Of a stretch of DNA of 64,000 nt, positions 36,531 to 46,875 are shown in pieces. Source of the stretch: Candidatus Bathyarchaeota archaeon (GTDB lineage: Archaea; Thermoproteota; Bathyarchaeia; Bathyarchaeales; Bathycorpusculaceae); NCBI GenBank assembly GCA_963815095.1, contig CAWFFH010000003.1, positions 384,001-448,000 on the forward strand. The letters are read 5' to 3'. Within the stretch, counting starts at the first letter, position 1; each line of letters opens with the position of its first letter. The translations under genes were made by a program, and so were the position numbers. The notes beneath the pieces were generated by a model, which had not been told where the DNA came from, ran no database searches, and saw only the letters and a list, made by a program, of their open reading frames with translations.

Positions 36531-38816
36531 CTAAGACGAAGGTGGAGTTATACCGTGTGCTGCATCGTATGCTGCCCAGTCAATTGAGTAGATTGCAACT
36601 AGCGGAACCAAGCCACCATATTGGCCTGGAGAAGCATCTATTCCAGCGATTTCTGCTACCTGGAAGTAGGTCGGCACTGTCGTTGTTTGATCCGGTGACA
36701 CAGTTATTTGTCCTCCAGCAGATACAGCTTCGCAATATTGGACTTCTGCATAGTTCATAAGTTCAAATACTGTGCAGTTTAAGCCTTGGTCGTTCCATTG
36801 CCACCTTCCCGTTGTTGGATCACTGGAGCCGAAAGTGGTTTCGTCTGTCCATGCGGTTGCATTGTTCATGAAACCTTCACTTATCAATCTATCCTTAGCT
36901 TGTCCAGAGATTCTTGCCATCCAAACCCATTTGCCTTCATCGCCGTATCCAGCTGGGCCTGCAGTATAACTTCCGGTGCTTGATTGAGAGATTTGAAGAA
37001 CTGTGAAGACCGCGATATATTGTGTACGTGACTGGCCATAGCTGCTGAGCATTGCCATCGATTGGTTCTCATTACCCATGAATATGAATCCATCGTTCTC
37101 TATTTGAGTGGCGTTTTGTGTAGTGTTATCCGCTATACTGGTAACGTTTCCAAGGTCACTTAACCAGTTTCCATAGTCCCACCACATGACAACAGCAGTA
37201 TCCGAGGAAATGTGACTCTGCATATAATGTATCGCGTCAAGCCAAGCGCTTACTGGCTGGGCAAGACTTGCTCCACCTACTGGAAGGCTGGAAGCTTGAA
37301 TTGCAGTTGGTACGTAAGCTTGGTTGATAGCTCGGGGCATTCCGCCTGTTTGTGGTGAAAAGGCCAAGGTTGATGCTAGCATCATAAAGATTATGAAGAC
37401 TGCGACACCGCTGTATTCTTTACTTACACGTGGCATTCTACGTTTTGATTTGGCAAGATTTTTTGGCACTTCCTGAAGTAGAGTGAAGAATGGTTTTAGC
37501 ACGCTGATTAGCCCTATACCCGCTATTATGGCAAACGCAGGTGCAAAGAGGACAAGCAGCCGAATCATGGAAGATGCAAAGTAGAGTCCGGTTGCCGCGA
37601 ATAGTAGCAAGAAGATATTTCGGTTAGTAGGATTCCTCAGAACGAAATATAGACCTACTATGAAGAATAGAATAGCTACACCGAATTCTATGTAGAGGTT
37701 TCCCCATCCAGAGATTCTCTGTTCTGCGACTGAATCGACAAGAGGCGAAGCAGCCCGAATAAATGGGTCTAAAACTGTTACGAATTTACCTGTTATTCCG
37801 CCAAGTTTGTCGGTTAATGCTAGACCAGCAAAACCGCCAATGATTACTACCATTGACCCAATTGCCAATGACAGTTTGGTTTTCATGGATATGTTGTTTC
37901 GCAGAATCTCCGCAACTATTAGCACGATAAAGACTGCTGCTACGGGGAGGATTGCACCTGAAATTAGGTAGCTGAGCGATATGTAGGGAACTTTTGTTCC
38001 TACAAACAATGCTAAGCCGAAAGTTATGCTGTAGTTAACGAGCATTCTTGGAGTGTATCTCTTTAGTAGAACCAAAACAAAGACAAACAGAACTGACAGA
38101 GCAATCAGATAGTATGCTGCGCCCCATCCTGAGATGAAATAAGCCAAAGCGCCACCCGCACCTAGCGAGTACAATAATGAGGCGCGCATGGACCTGTGGC
38201 TATCCAAGGACCTCAGGAACAGGAATATGAACAGAACTAATCCGAGTACACCAGGTACTTCGGTATCAAAGAAGCCCAGAGAGCTTCTCTGTAAAAATGA
38301 AGGAGCCAACGCAAGGAATAACGCTGCAAAGAGACCTACTGCTTTTCCACCCATGTCTTTACCTACAAAGTAGAGAATTAGAACTGACACCACTGCTACA
38401 AGAGCTGGGAATATTGCGGTGTAGGTCATTAGATCTATGTTTGCGCCGAAGAATGTTACAACTTGAAATGTTGCTGCAGCTAGCATGGGTAAGCCTGGCA
38501 GTGAAGTCGACATGTCTAATCCAGCTGGATACCATTTCTGCATGTTAATCCAAGCGGTTGGCCAGTAGGGTGAAAGTAAACCGTTAGACACCATATGCTG
38601 TGTTATGCTGAACTGATAGTAGGGATCAAACTCATTTAAGAGAGAAGTTCCACTTGAGAGGCTTTCCCAACGTAGTGGGAGAACACGGATAGTAAATGTG
38701 ATAAAGAGAATTACAATTAACGCTGCAAAAGCAATGATTGTACCATGGCTTACCTGAATTTTTAGCCTGCTAAAGATAGATAAATTACCAAGTCGTTCTC
38801 TAATTCCTTCGCCCAC
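36531..38816 (-). CDS. aglB: Oligosaccharyltransferase AglB/STT3
   Basis: EFDPYY, GFFDTE, SVAEQ, WWDYG and DNTT motifs; about 13 TM helices. Confidence 0.93.
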   Translation of the reverse strand: MGEGIRERLGNLSIFSRLKIQVSHGTIIAFAALIVILFITFTIRVLPLRWESLSSGTSLLNEFDPYYQFSITQHMVSNGLLSPYWPTAWINMQKWYPAGLDMSTSLPGLPMLAAATFQVVTFFGANIDLMTYTAIFPALVAVVSVLILYFVGKDMGGKAVGLFAALFLALAPSFLQRSSLGFFDTEVPGVLGLVLFIFLFLRSLDSHRSMRASLLYSLGAGGALAYFISGWGAAYYLIALSVLFVFVLVLLKRYTPRMLVNYSITFGLALFVGTKVPYISLSYLISGAILPVAAVFIVLIVAEILRNNISMKTKLSLAIGSMVVIIGGFAGLALTDKLGGITGKFVTVLDPFIRAASPLVDSVAEQRISGWGNLYIEFGVAILFFIVGLYFVLRNPTNRNIFLLLFAATGLYFASSMIRLLVLFAPAFAIIAGIGLISVLKPFFTLLQEVPKNLAKSKRRMPRVSKEYSGVAVFIIFMMLASTLAFSPQTGGMPRAINQAYVPTAIQASSLPVGGASLAQPVSAWLDAIHYMQSHISSDTAVVMWWDYGNWLSDLGNVTSIADNTTQNATQIENDGFIFMGNENQSMAMLSSYGQSRTQYIAVFTVLQISQSSTGSYTAGPAGYGDEGKWVWMARISGQAKDRLISEGFMNNATAWTDETTFGSSDPTTGRWQWNDQGLNCTVFELMNYAEVQYCEAVSAGGQITVSPDQTTTVPTYFQVAEIAGIDASPGQYGGLVPLVAIYSIDWAAYDAAHGITPPSS

Positions 38817-39016
38817 TTTAAGCCATCTCTTCCGAATGTATATTGCGATTGTACTATTTTACACATTGGCGATTTATTTATGGCTTTCCAAAAGCTAGAT
38901 AAATGGCTTCAAGCGGATTTGAGTAATTAGTTACATGGCCATAACTTAAAAGTCAACACCTATCAACTATTTGCAACCAAAACCCTACAAGAGGATCAAC
39001 AATAGGCGATCTATTC

Positions 39017-39187
39017 TCAGCGTTTGCTTAAGGGTTTAACTTCCACATCCATAGGCATCAAAGATAGTTTTCTGCTGCATTTTGGACATTTTCCACCGTG
39101 TTGAGCTATAATTTCGTCTGGCGGTTTAAGGTCTTTGCCTTCATACAAAACATGCTTGCAATCATGGCAAATAACGCGTTGCGGCAT
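39017..39187 (-). CDS. Small Zn-ribbon protein (56 aa)
   Basis: Below the ORF-track cutoff: MPQRVICHDCKHVLYEGKDLKPPDEIIAQHGGKCPKCSRKLSLMPMDVEVKPLSKR, with two CxxC pairs. Confidence 0.75.
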   Translation of the reverse strand: MPQRVICHDCKHVLYEGKDLKPPDEIIAQHGGKCPKCSRKLSLMPMDVEVKPLSKR

Positions 39188-39326
39188 CCCAAATACCTCA
39201 ATATTAGCATGGATAGGGCGTATTTATTAGTTGCTAAAAATTCTAGGAGCCAACTTTCCTTATGCCCTCACTGTAAAGCTTTTAATTTCAAATACATTGG
39301 AATGTTAGATTGTGGTTTAACAGAGT

Positions 39327-41405
39327 TTGGAAAAATACACTTTAGTCATTACAGAAAAGCCTGATGCCGCAAACCGGATAGCCGAGGCGTTGGATGTTGA
39401 TGGAAAACCGAAAAAAGCATTCTGCAACGGCGTTCCATATTATCAAGCGTATCGAGATGGCAATATTGTCGTCGTTCCAGCGTTGGGACACTTATACACT
39501 ATCAAAAGCAAACAGAAAGGGCGAGGCTACCCGATTTTTGATTATCAGTGGGTTCCAAGATACCAAGCTGAGCGAAAAGCTTCAAGGATTCGGGTTTGGT
39601 TAAAAATCATTGCTCAACTAGCTAAAGACGCCGAGTGGTTTGTGGATGCTTGCGACTTTGATATTGAAGGCAGCATCATAGGCTACACCATCCTAAAGTA
39701 CGCATGCGGCAGCAAAGAAGCCGCAGCCAAACGAATGAAATACTCCACTCTAACAAAAGAAGAACTCCAAGAATCCTACGCTCACCTACAATCAAATTTA
39801 GATTTTGCTCTCGTTGAGGCAGGATTAACTCGTCACGAAGTAGACTGGTTATATGGCATTAACCTGTCGCGTGCCTTAACGCAAGCTGCCCAAAACAGTA
39901 GCGGGCAATACGCAACGCTCAGCACAGGCAGAGTTCAGGGACCAACGTTGGGATTTCTTGAATCCCGCGAAAAAACCATAAACAGCTTCATTCCAACACC
40001 TTACTGGAGATTAATTGCAAAAGTAATCGTAAACGACATCCTTCTCGAATTTGAATATGAGAAAACACTCGAAAACAAGGCACAAGCGACGGCAATTAAA
40101 GATTCTTGCAAAGCCAAGGAAGGTCAAATAGAAACGGTAGAAACAAAAGAATTTTTGCAGAACCCACCCGTACCTTTTGAACTTGGAGCGGTACAAGGTG
40201 AAGCTTACCGATTATTCAAGTACAACCCCATGCGCACCTCAAGCATTCTCCAACATCTGTATTTGGATGCTTTGATTTCTTATCCCCGAACTAGCAGCCA
40301 AAAGCTTCCGCCCACAATCGGTTACAAAAACATACTCAAAAAACTGGGAAAAGCGTCTGCATACGCTAAACAGGCAACTGAACTACTCTCAAAATCTGCA
40401 TTGAAGCCTAACGAGGGGAAAAAATTTGATGCTGCTCACCCAGCAATTTATCCCACTGGAAACTTACCTCAAAAACCCCTCGAAACCGCTGAAAAAAACA
40501 TCTTTGATTTGGTTGTTAAACGGTTTTTAGCTGTTTTTGGCGAACCTGCAATTCGTCAAAGCATAAACGTCACCTTAGGCATCAATGGCAACCTTTTCCA
40601 TTTGAATGCCGCTCGAACGTTGATGGAGGGGTGGCTTCGATTCTACACTCCATACGTTCAGTTGAAGGATTCTGTTCTGCCGCCTCTAACTGAAGGACAA
40701 AAAGTCACTGTTAAACAAGTAAGCATAAGTGAGCAATTTACTAAGCCTCCCCCACGATACAACCCAAGCACGTTACTTTTGAAAATGGAGAAAGAAGAAA
40801 TCGGAACCAAAGCAACAAGAGCAGCCATCATCCAAACCCTCATCGACCGCAAATACCTAAGCGGCACAGCCAGCCTAACCATCAGCGAATTAGGCACAGA
40901 AGTCATCGAAGTCCTCTCAAAATATTGCCCAACTGTTGTCTCTCCGGAACTAACCCGAAAACTTGAGGAAGAAATGAACCAAATCCAGCAGGGCAACCAG
41001 ACAAAACAAAACGTTCTGCAAAACGCCATTGAAACCCTAAAACTAGTCACATCGGAGCTTAAGGAAAAAGAAGCGGTCATAGGTGCCCAATTAAGCCAGC
41101 CACTACAAAAATCGAGGCTTGACGAAAGAACTGTTGGATCATGCCCAAAATGCAGCGATGGAAAATTAGTGATTTTGCACTCCAAAAAAACTGGCAAACG
41201 CTTTGTCGGCTGCACAAACTATTTCAAAGAAACAAAATGCGATAATACTTTTCCTCTTCCTCAAACTGGCACTGTTAAACCGTTGAGCAGTGCCTGCGTT
41301 AGCTGTGGCTCACCTATAGTAGCTGTGTATCTAAGGGGAAGGCACCTTTGGAAGCTATGCCTCAATCCAAATTGCCCATCAAAAAAACCAAAAAGTGAAA
41401 AGTAA
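39327..41405 (+). CDS. topA: DNA topoisomerase type IA
   Basis: ITEKP, DFDIEG TOPRIM, STGRVQ.PTL, ISYPRT catalytic Tyr, AHPAIYPT and GTKATR motifs; C-terminal Zn ribbons. Confidence 0.95.
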   Translation: MEKYTLVITEKPDAANRIAEALDVDGKPKKAFCNGVPYYQAYRDGNIVVVPALGHLYTIKSKQKGRGYPIFDYQWVPRYQAERKASRIRVWLKIIAQLAKDAEWFVDACDFDIEGSIIGYTILKYACGSKEAAAKRMKYSTLTKEELQESYAHLQSNLDFALVEAGLTRHEVDWLYGINLSRALTQAAQNSSGQYATLSTGRVQGPTLGFLESREKTINSFIPTPYWRLIAKVIVNDILLEFEYEKTLENKAQATAIKDSCKAKEGQIETVETKEFLQNPPVPFELGAVQGEAYRLFKYNPMRTSSILQHLYLDALISYPRTSSQKLPPTIGYKNILKKLGKASAYAKQATELLSKSALKPNEGKKFDAAHPAIYPTGNLPQKPLETAEKNIFDLVVKRFLAVFGEPAIRQSINVTLGINGNLFHLNAARTLMEGWLRFYTPYVQLKDSVLPPLTEGQKVTVKQVSISEQFTKPPPRYNPSTLLLKMEKEEIGTKATRAAIIQTLIDRKYLSGTASLTISELGTEVIEVLSKYCPTVVSPELTRKLEEEMNQIQQGNQTKQNVLQNAIETLKLVTSELKEKEAVIGAQLSQPLQKSRLDERTVGSCPKCSDGKLVILHSKKTGKRFVGCTNYFKETKCDNTFPLPQTGTVKPLSSACVSCGSPIVAVYLRGRHLWKLCLNPNCPSKKPKSEK

Positions 41406-41523
41406 ATTCTAAATTTTTTGAGAGGAGCAAATTTTTGTTTTACAGAATAATTGGTCTTCTCAGAGAAATATTTAACACACTCACGGTTCCAATTAACTAC
41501 CAAGCCCGCTTGGAGTTACCTGC

Positions 41524-42951
41524 ATGAGCATCCTTAGCCACGACACATTCTGGAATGCAGTCATCTCCCTGCCGATGACAAAAAAGATGCTTCGAATGTC
41601 GCTAAAAAAATGCAGTAAATGCGGCAGAACCGTATTGGAAGCCGCACTTGATGATTACGCAGGTAAAACCAACCTCAAATGCGACAAATGTAGCGGTTTG
41701 TACTCGCAAGTTATTGGTTTTTGGGTTGAATTTCTAAGAAGAACTCTTAACATTAAACGGGAAAAAGTTGAAAAACTCCTCGTCGACCCCTACGCGAGAA
41801 AAGCAGTCATAAACCTGACAAAATCATTCGCTTATATTGGCATAAAAAAACCCATCTCGATCTATGCACCTTTCCTTGTGGTTTGGGATTTCACTCACCA
41901 ATGCAATCTACAATGCAAACATTGCTACTCTAACAGCGGCAAAGCCCAAGAAGGAGAATTGACCACCGAACAAGCTTTGGAGGTTGTGGATCAGATTGCA
42001 GACGCCGGTGTTATAGCCTTAGCATTTTCAGGCGGAGAACCCTTAACCCGAAAAGACTTCTTTGAAGTAGCACGTCACGCCGCCGACCGTGGACTCTACG
42101 TGTCAGTCGCTTCAAATGGAACCTTACTTACGAAAGAAAACGTGCAAAAGCTAAAGCAAGCCAAAGTTAATTACCTCGACGTTAGCATCGATGGCGCTAC
42201 CGCCAAAACCCATGACGATTTCAGAGGTGTCCCCGGCACATTTGATAAAGCAGTTGCGGGCCTGAAAAACTGCGTAGAAGCAGACTTATGTGTCTGCATC
42301 GCAACGACAGTGGGCAAAAATAACATGACAGAATTACCTGCCATCATAGATTTAGCTGAAGAAATACACGCGGAAAGATTTACTTACTTCAACTTTATCC
42401 CAACAGGACGAGGCAAAGCTCATTTTGATCAAGACCTCTCACCTCAAGAACGAGAAAACGTCATGCACTACTTGCTAAATCGTATGTCATCAGGGTGCAA
42501 AACCACCATACTTACCACTGCACCCCAGCTAGCGCGAGTGGCATTGCAGTGTCAGGGTCCAGCTGGAACAGGCGACGTAACCATGTCCATGGCACACATG
42601 CAAACCGTCAGGATAACCAAAAAAGCCGTCCCTCTTGCCGATTTTATCGGGGGATGTGGTGCTGGAAGATTATATTGTTCACTCTCTCCGCAAGGCGACG
42701 TTCACCCATGCGTCTTCCTGCCTGTGAATGTTGGCAACTTGAAAACCGAAAAGTTCCAAGATATCTGGCTAAATGCCCCACTCTTCAAAGCTTTCCGCAA
42801 CAGAGCAAACCTCAAAGGCTCATGTGGAAAATGCGATTACAAATTCATTTGTGGCGGCTGCAGGGCACGCTCAGCAGCGTATCATAACGGTGACATGTTG
42901 AATGGTGACCCAGGCTGCCTTCAAGGAGTGAAAGGTGCAAAAAATGTCTAA
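41524..42951 (+). CDS. Radical SAM/SPASM enzyme, candidate GMGT synthase (Gms)-like
   Basis: APFLVVWDFT..CNLQCKHCY, FSGGEP, IPTGRG, ILTTAPQ.ARV, LADFIGGCGAGR and SPASM CGKC..KFICGGCRAR...DPGC. The Gms assignment is from recalled family resemblance only. Confidence 0.6.
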   Translation: MSILSHDTFWNAVISLPMTKKMLRMSLKKCSKCGRTVLEAALDDYAGKTNLKCDKCSGLYSQVIGFWVEFLRRTLNIKREKVEKLLVDPYARKAVINLTKSFAYIGIKKPISIYAPFLVVWDFTHQCNLQCKHCYSNSGKAQEGELTTEQALEVVDQIADAGVIALAFSGGEPLTRKDFFEVARHAADRGLYVSVASNGTLLTKENVQKLKQAKVNYLDVSIDGATAKTHDDFRGVPGTFDKAVAGLKNCVEADLCVCIATTVGKNNMTELPAIIDLAEEIHAERFTYFNFIPTGRGKAHFDQDLSPQERENVMHYLLNRMSSGCKTTILTTAPQLARVALQCQGPAGTGDVTMSMAHMQTVRITKKAVPLADFIGGCGAGRLYCSLSPQGDVHPCVFLPVNVGNLKTEKFQDIWLNAPLFKAFRNRANLKGSCGKCDYKFICGGCRARSAAYHNGDMLNGDPGCLQGVKGAKNV

Positions 42952-43906
42952 CTCCGCAAAGAAAACGGTTAAAATTTTCCGTGCCAAAGACGACATAAGC
43001 GATATCGTTAAGGAAGCTGTGGCAAATTCTGGCTTACGTGGGAAACACTCGATTTTTATTAAACCAAACCTGAGCCACCCAGAGTACTTGCCCGGTGTTG
43101 TAACCTGTCCAGATTTAATGCGGCAGTTGGTTGGTTTGCTGCGGGATGGAAACAGTAAAGTCATCGTGGGTGAATCCAACGGGTTCAACTATCCCTGCTG
43201 GACGGCCTTTGATAAAACCGGCGCCCAAGCAGCCGTCAAAGCCGCAGGCGGCACGGTCATCAACCTCTCAGAAGACAAGCTAGTCGAAGTCAAATTCCAA
43301 AACAACACACCGCTGAAGCGGCTGTTTTTACCCAAAACCATCCTTGACGCCGACGCCGTTGTCGATTTGCCGTTAATGAAGACGCATGAATTCATGGCTT
43401 ACAGCGGCGCAATCAAAAACCTCTTCGGCTGCGTACCCAGCAACAAACGCATCTACCTGCATCCGTACCTGCCAGAAGTCATGTACCGGCTGTATAGCTT
43501 ATTCAAGCCTCAGTTAACGATTATGGATGCCAGAACAGGCATTGAAGGCAATGGCCCCACAAAAGGTAAACCCGTCAAAATGGGATTAATGTTAATAGGC
43601 AATGATGCGTTGGCTTTAGACATAACCGCTGCTAAAGTTATGATGCTAGATTGGAAGGAAACTTACCTCAACTTCATCGCCAAAAAAACAGGGTTGCTTG
43701 AAGAAGAAATCCAAGTCGAGGGGGTATCAGTATCTGAGGTAGAACACAGGTTTGAGCCGCCCAGAATCGATTTGCCCGTTAAAGCGCAAATGATAGTTTA
43801 CCAGCATGAGTATTTAACGAAGGTGCTTTTCTGCTCTTTGGACATTGTTAAGCTGTTCCAGAAGGTAACTATGGCATACAGGGGCAACCCCGTTGAAATA
43901 GGCTAA
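42944..43906 (+). CDS. DUF362 domain protein
   Basis: FIKPNL, VGES, P.MKTH, GAIKNLFG, D...G.EGNGP..G and D.LA.D motifs; overlaps the radical SAM stop. Confidence 0.82.
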   Translation: MSNSAKKTVKIFRAKDDISDIVKEAVANSGLRGKHSIFIKPNLSHPEYLPGVVTCPDLMRQLVGLLRDGNSKVIVGESNGFNYPCWTAFDKTGAQAAVKAAGGTVINLSEDKLVEVKFQNNTPLKRLFLPKTILDADAVVDLPLMKTHEFMAYSGAIKNLFGCVPSNKRIYLHPYLPEVMYRLYSLFKPQLTIMDARTGIEGNGPTKGKPVKMGLMLIGNDALALDITAAKVMMLDWKETYLNFIAKKTGLLEEEIQVEGVSVSEVEHRFEPPRIDLPVKAQMIVYQHEYLTKVLFCSLDIVKLFQKVTMAYRGNPVEIG

Positions 43907-45099
43907 CTTAAAGCTTCGTCGTAAACTTTCAGTGTATCCTTAATTACGATGCGCCAATCATAGTTTTCCACAATTGTTTTCCGAGCCAGCGCACCCATTT
44001 CCTCTGCAAAAGCTGGATGCTCAAGCAAATAAAGTATTTTTTCGCTGAACTGCCGTGAATTGAAGGGTGCAACCAAAAACCCATTTTTACCACTGTCGAT
44101 GGTTTCGGGAATGCCACCAATGGTAGTTGTCACCACAGGCAAACCTGTTGAGAGTGCTTCCAAAACAGCGAAAGGATGATGTTCATAGAAGGTCGAGAAT
44201 GCAAAAACATCGGCGGCTTGATAGAGTTTAGGCAGCTTCTTGTCAGGATAGTAACCTGTAAAGATTATGTTGTCTTTTACTCCAAGTTTTTCTGCATGTG
44301 CGAGAAGTCTATTCATTTCGTCGCTTTGCCCCTTGCCCGAAATTATGAATTTGGCGTTTGGGAAACGTTTTACGACGGCAGGCATGCTTTCGACAAGTGT
44401 GAACAATCCTTTTCGAGCATAGAGGCGTCCGACTGAGACTATAGCTAAATCATCGGGGTTGAAGCCTAGCTCCTCTTTGACTTTGCGCTTATCGACGGAT
44501 GGCTTAAACTTGTTTACGTCAACACCGTTATGGATAACCCGTACCTTGCTTTCAGGAATCTTGTAATAATTCGTTAGCTCCCACTTCGTAAAATGACTAA
44601 CAGCGATAATCTTTCTCGCTCGCTTAAGCATACCTTCCTCAAAAAACCGTAAAAACCAGTTAAAACTCACCAAAAACTTTTCGTTCGCGTTTATCCGGCT
44701 ATAGGGTTCGCCGCGGATAGCTTCAGCCTCGCCCTTCCAAGTGGAGTGGACGGTGCAAACAAGCGTTTTGCCAAAGTTTGGCGGAACCGCAAAATTCGGC
44801 GTCAAGGGCAGTTGGGGGTGAGTAATGTCAACGTTGGCTGTGTTTCGAACGCTTTGGAGTTTGCGGTTACTGGCGGCTGCAAGCATAAACGATTTTACTA
44901 TGGGAATTTTTGGGATTTTTAGGAAAGAAACGTCAAGTTGTGGGTTGACTTGGATGTCTTGGGCTTGGTTTGACCCAGTAATCACGTAGATTTTGTAGCC
45001 GTTTTTGAGAAGTTCATTGGAAAGATAGTAGACGTAGGCGCCTGTTCCCCCTGATAGCGGCCAATATTCAGGCGAGATAAAGCAGACTTTATGCGCCAT
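43903..45099 (-). CDS. GT4 glycosyltransferase
   Basis: GGTG, HNGVD, VGRL..RKG and E...AVLEALSTG.PVV motifs. Confidence 0.9.
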   Translation of the reverse strand: MAHKVCFISPEYWPLSGGTGAYVYYLSNELLKNGYKIYVITGSNQAQDIQVNPQLDVSFLKIPKIPIVKSFMLAAASNRKLQSVRNTANVDITHPQLPLTPNFAVPPNFGKTLVCTVHSTWKGEAEAIRGEPYSRINANEKFLVSFNWFLRFFEEGMLKRARKIIAVSHFTKWELTNYYKIPESKVRVIHNGVDVNKFKPSVDKRKVKEELGFNPDDLAIVSVGRLYARKGLFTLVESMPAVVKRFPNAKFIISGKGQSDEMNRLLAHAEKLGVKDNIIFTGYYPDKKLPKLYQAADVFAFSTFYEHHPFAVLEALSTGLPVVTTTIGGIPETIDSGKNGFLVAPFNSRQFSEKILYLLEHPAFAEEMGALARKTIVENYDWRIVIKDTLKVYDEALS

Positions 45100-46089
45100 T
45101 TACTTATCTCTCCCAATTAGGTATTTTGAGGTTGTTACTACTGCGCCGACAAACCAAGCTGTTGCCCTCACAAAGTAAAGCACCACCAACCGCAAAGCGA
45201 CCCAGTCTTGAAACTTGACTGAAAGCTTCACGGCAGAATAAACATAATAAACAAACATCCCCAATAATATTAACCCAGAAACAATCCACAACAACCTCAA
45301 CAGCGGCACAATACCTACAAGCAAAAACACAACTATACCCAAAAGCAACACAGGCTGAATATTCATGCCAACATCCGTAATCTCATCACCCCGAGCTAAG
45401 CTTCCATGTTTGAAGTAGAGTTTGAGGGTGTTTTTGCCATACTGCAGCTGTTGACGATAAAACGCTCGAAGCGTGGGACGGTTAAAATGATAACAAACCG
45501 CACTTGGCTCGTAAGCAATCTTGTAGCCTTTGTCGCTTAAGCGAAAGCCCAGGTCGGTGTCGTATTGGCTGGGCAGATTCTCGTCCCATCCACCCGCTTC
45601 CTCTATGACTGCTTTTTTGAGGAGCAGGTTCATGGTAGCTATGCGACCAGTAAATTTACCTATGCGGCGGTAGCGGTTTTTGAGTTCGTACCCGATGCTT
45701 CTTGCCCATGGGTTCTCGCGGTTCCACGTTTCGATACTCCCACTGACACCTGCCACCTTCGGCTCTGCAAGGTGTGGTGCAAGTTTGTTTAGCCAGTTGC
45801 CTTCAATTTTGGCATCGGCGTCTATGAAACCCAAAACAGGATGGGCGGCGATTTTCATGGCATAATTGTATGCCGCAGGAGCATTTAGGCGAATGGAAAC
45901 CACTTTAATTGGAAATTTCTCGGCAATTTTGACTGTGGCATCTTTGGAGCCGCCGTCCATAACTATGACTTCAAAAAAATCAGCAGGATAATTCAAAGCG
46001 AGAATGGATTTGAGACATTCTTCTATTGTGTCTTGGCTGTTATAGGCTGCCACAATAATCGAAACTTTGGGAAATGTGCCCTCAGCCAC
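45100..46089 (-). CDS. GT2 glycosyltransferase with C-terminal TM helices
   Basis: SIIVAAYN, DGGSKD, FIDAD, DTDL and QQLQY motifs; probable GTG start at 46089. Confidence 0.85.
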   Translation of the reverse strand: MAEGTFPKVSIIVAAYNSQDTIEECLKSILALNYPADFFEVIVMDGGSKDATVKIAEKFPIKVVSIRLNAPAAYNYAMKIAAHPVLGFIDADAKIEGNWLNKLAPHLAEPKVAGVSGSIETWNRENPWARSIGYELKNRYRRIGKFTGRIATMNLLLKKAVIEEAGGWDENLPSQYDTDLGFRLSDKGYKIAYEPSAVCYHFNRPTLRAFYRQQLQYGKNTLKLYFKHGSLARGDEITDVGMNIQPVLLLGIVVFLLVGIVPLLRLLWIVSGLILLGMFVYYVYSAVKLSVKFQDWVALRLVVLYFVRATAWFVGAVVTTSKYLIGRDK

Positions 46090-46093
46090 TTTG

Positions 46094-46792
46094 CTATCCC
46101 CTGAAACGAGCAAGCATAATCGAATAGAGGATTTTGGAGCCATCCCATGCTGGGTCAACGCCTGAGTGCCCATATGTTCGCTGCTCAAAACTAATCGGCA
46201 CCTCAGCTACTCGAAAGCCTGCCTTAACGGTCTTAACAAGCATTTCCGATTCTATTTCATATTCACGTGCGTATAACTTTTGTTTTTTTAGAACTTCACA
46301 CTTCATGGCGCGGTAACCTGATTGGGAATCGGTGACAGCGACTCCTGTGAAGACTTTGATTAAGTAATTGAAGACTCTAACGCCAAAAGCATTGAGTTTT
46401 CGCGCTGCAACCTGTTTTTGATTCAAATACCTTGAGCCGATAACAAGATCTGCCTTGTCTTCAAGAACAGGCTTCAAAACTTCTCGAAGTTCTTCAGGTC
46501 GATGTGAGCCGTCAGAGTCAATGGTTATTATTATGTCCCCTTTAGCTTTGGCAAAACCTGCGCGGAGCACGTATCCTTTGCCCAAGTGCTGTTTTAAACT
46601 GTAGAGTCTCACATCACGCTTTCCGGCAACATCAAAAGACCGATCATGAGAACAGTCATCAATGACTATTATCTCGTAGTTTAAGCCGATTTGCCGCATA
46701 GTTTTTTTTGTGCGGTCGATAATGTTGCCTATGGTTAATTCCTCGTTGTAGACGGGAATTATGACGGAAAGCAGCATTTCCCTTGGGCTCAT
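46094..46792 (-). CDS. GT2 glycosyltransferase, dolichol-phosphate mannose synthase-like
   Basis: SVIIPVYNEE, IDDCS.D, GKG, IDSDGSH, GSR and DSQSGYRA motifs. Confidence 0.88.
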   Translation of the reverse strand: MSPREMLLSVIIPVYNEELTIGNIIDRTKKTMRQIGLNYEIIVIDDCSHDRSFDVAGKRDVRLYSLKQHLGKGYVLRAGFAKAKGDIIITIDSDGSHRPEELREVLKPVLEDKADLVIGSRYLNQKQVAARKLNAFGVRVFNYLIKVFTGVAVTDSQSGYRAMKCEVLKKQKLYAREYEIESEMLVKTVKAGFRVAEVPISFEQRTYGHSGVDPAWDGSKILYSIMLARFRG

Positions 46793-46875
46793 TTTATTTA
46801 AGAAGCCAATGGAAGAACTTATAAAGTTTGGCTACCCCAACCTTGTTAGCAATTGAAGGGCAGTTTGAACTTAAA

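Noticed and set aside
39098-39364. 88-aa plus-strand ORF upstream of topA
   Set aside because: Overlaps the better-supported minus-strand Zn-ribbon gene and the topA start.
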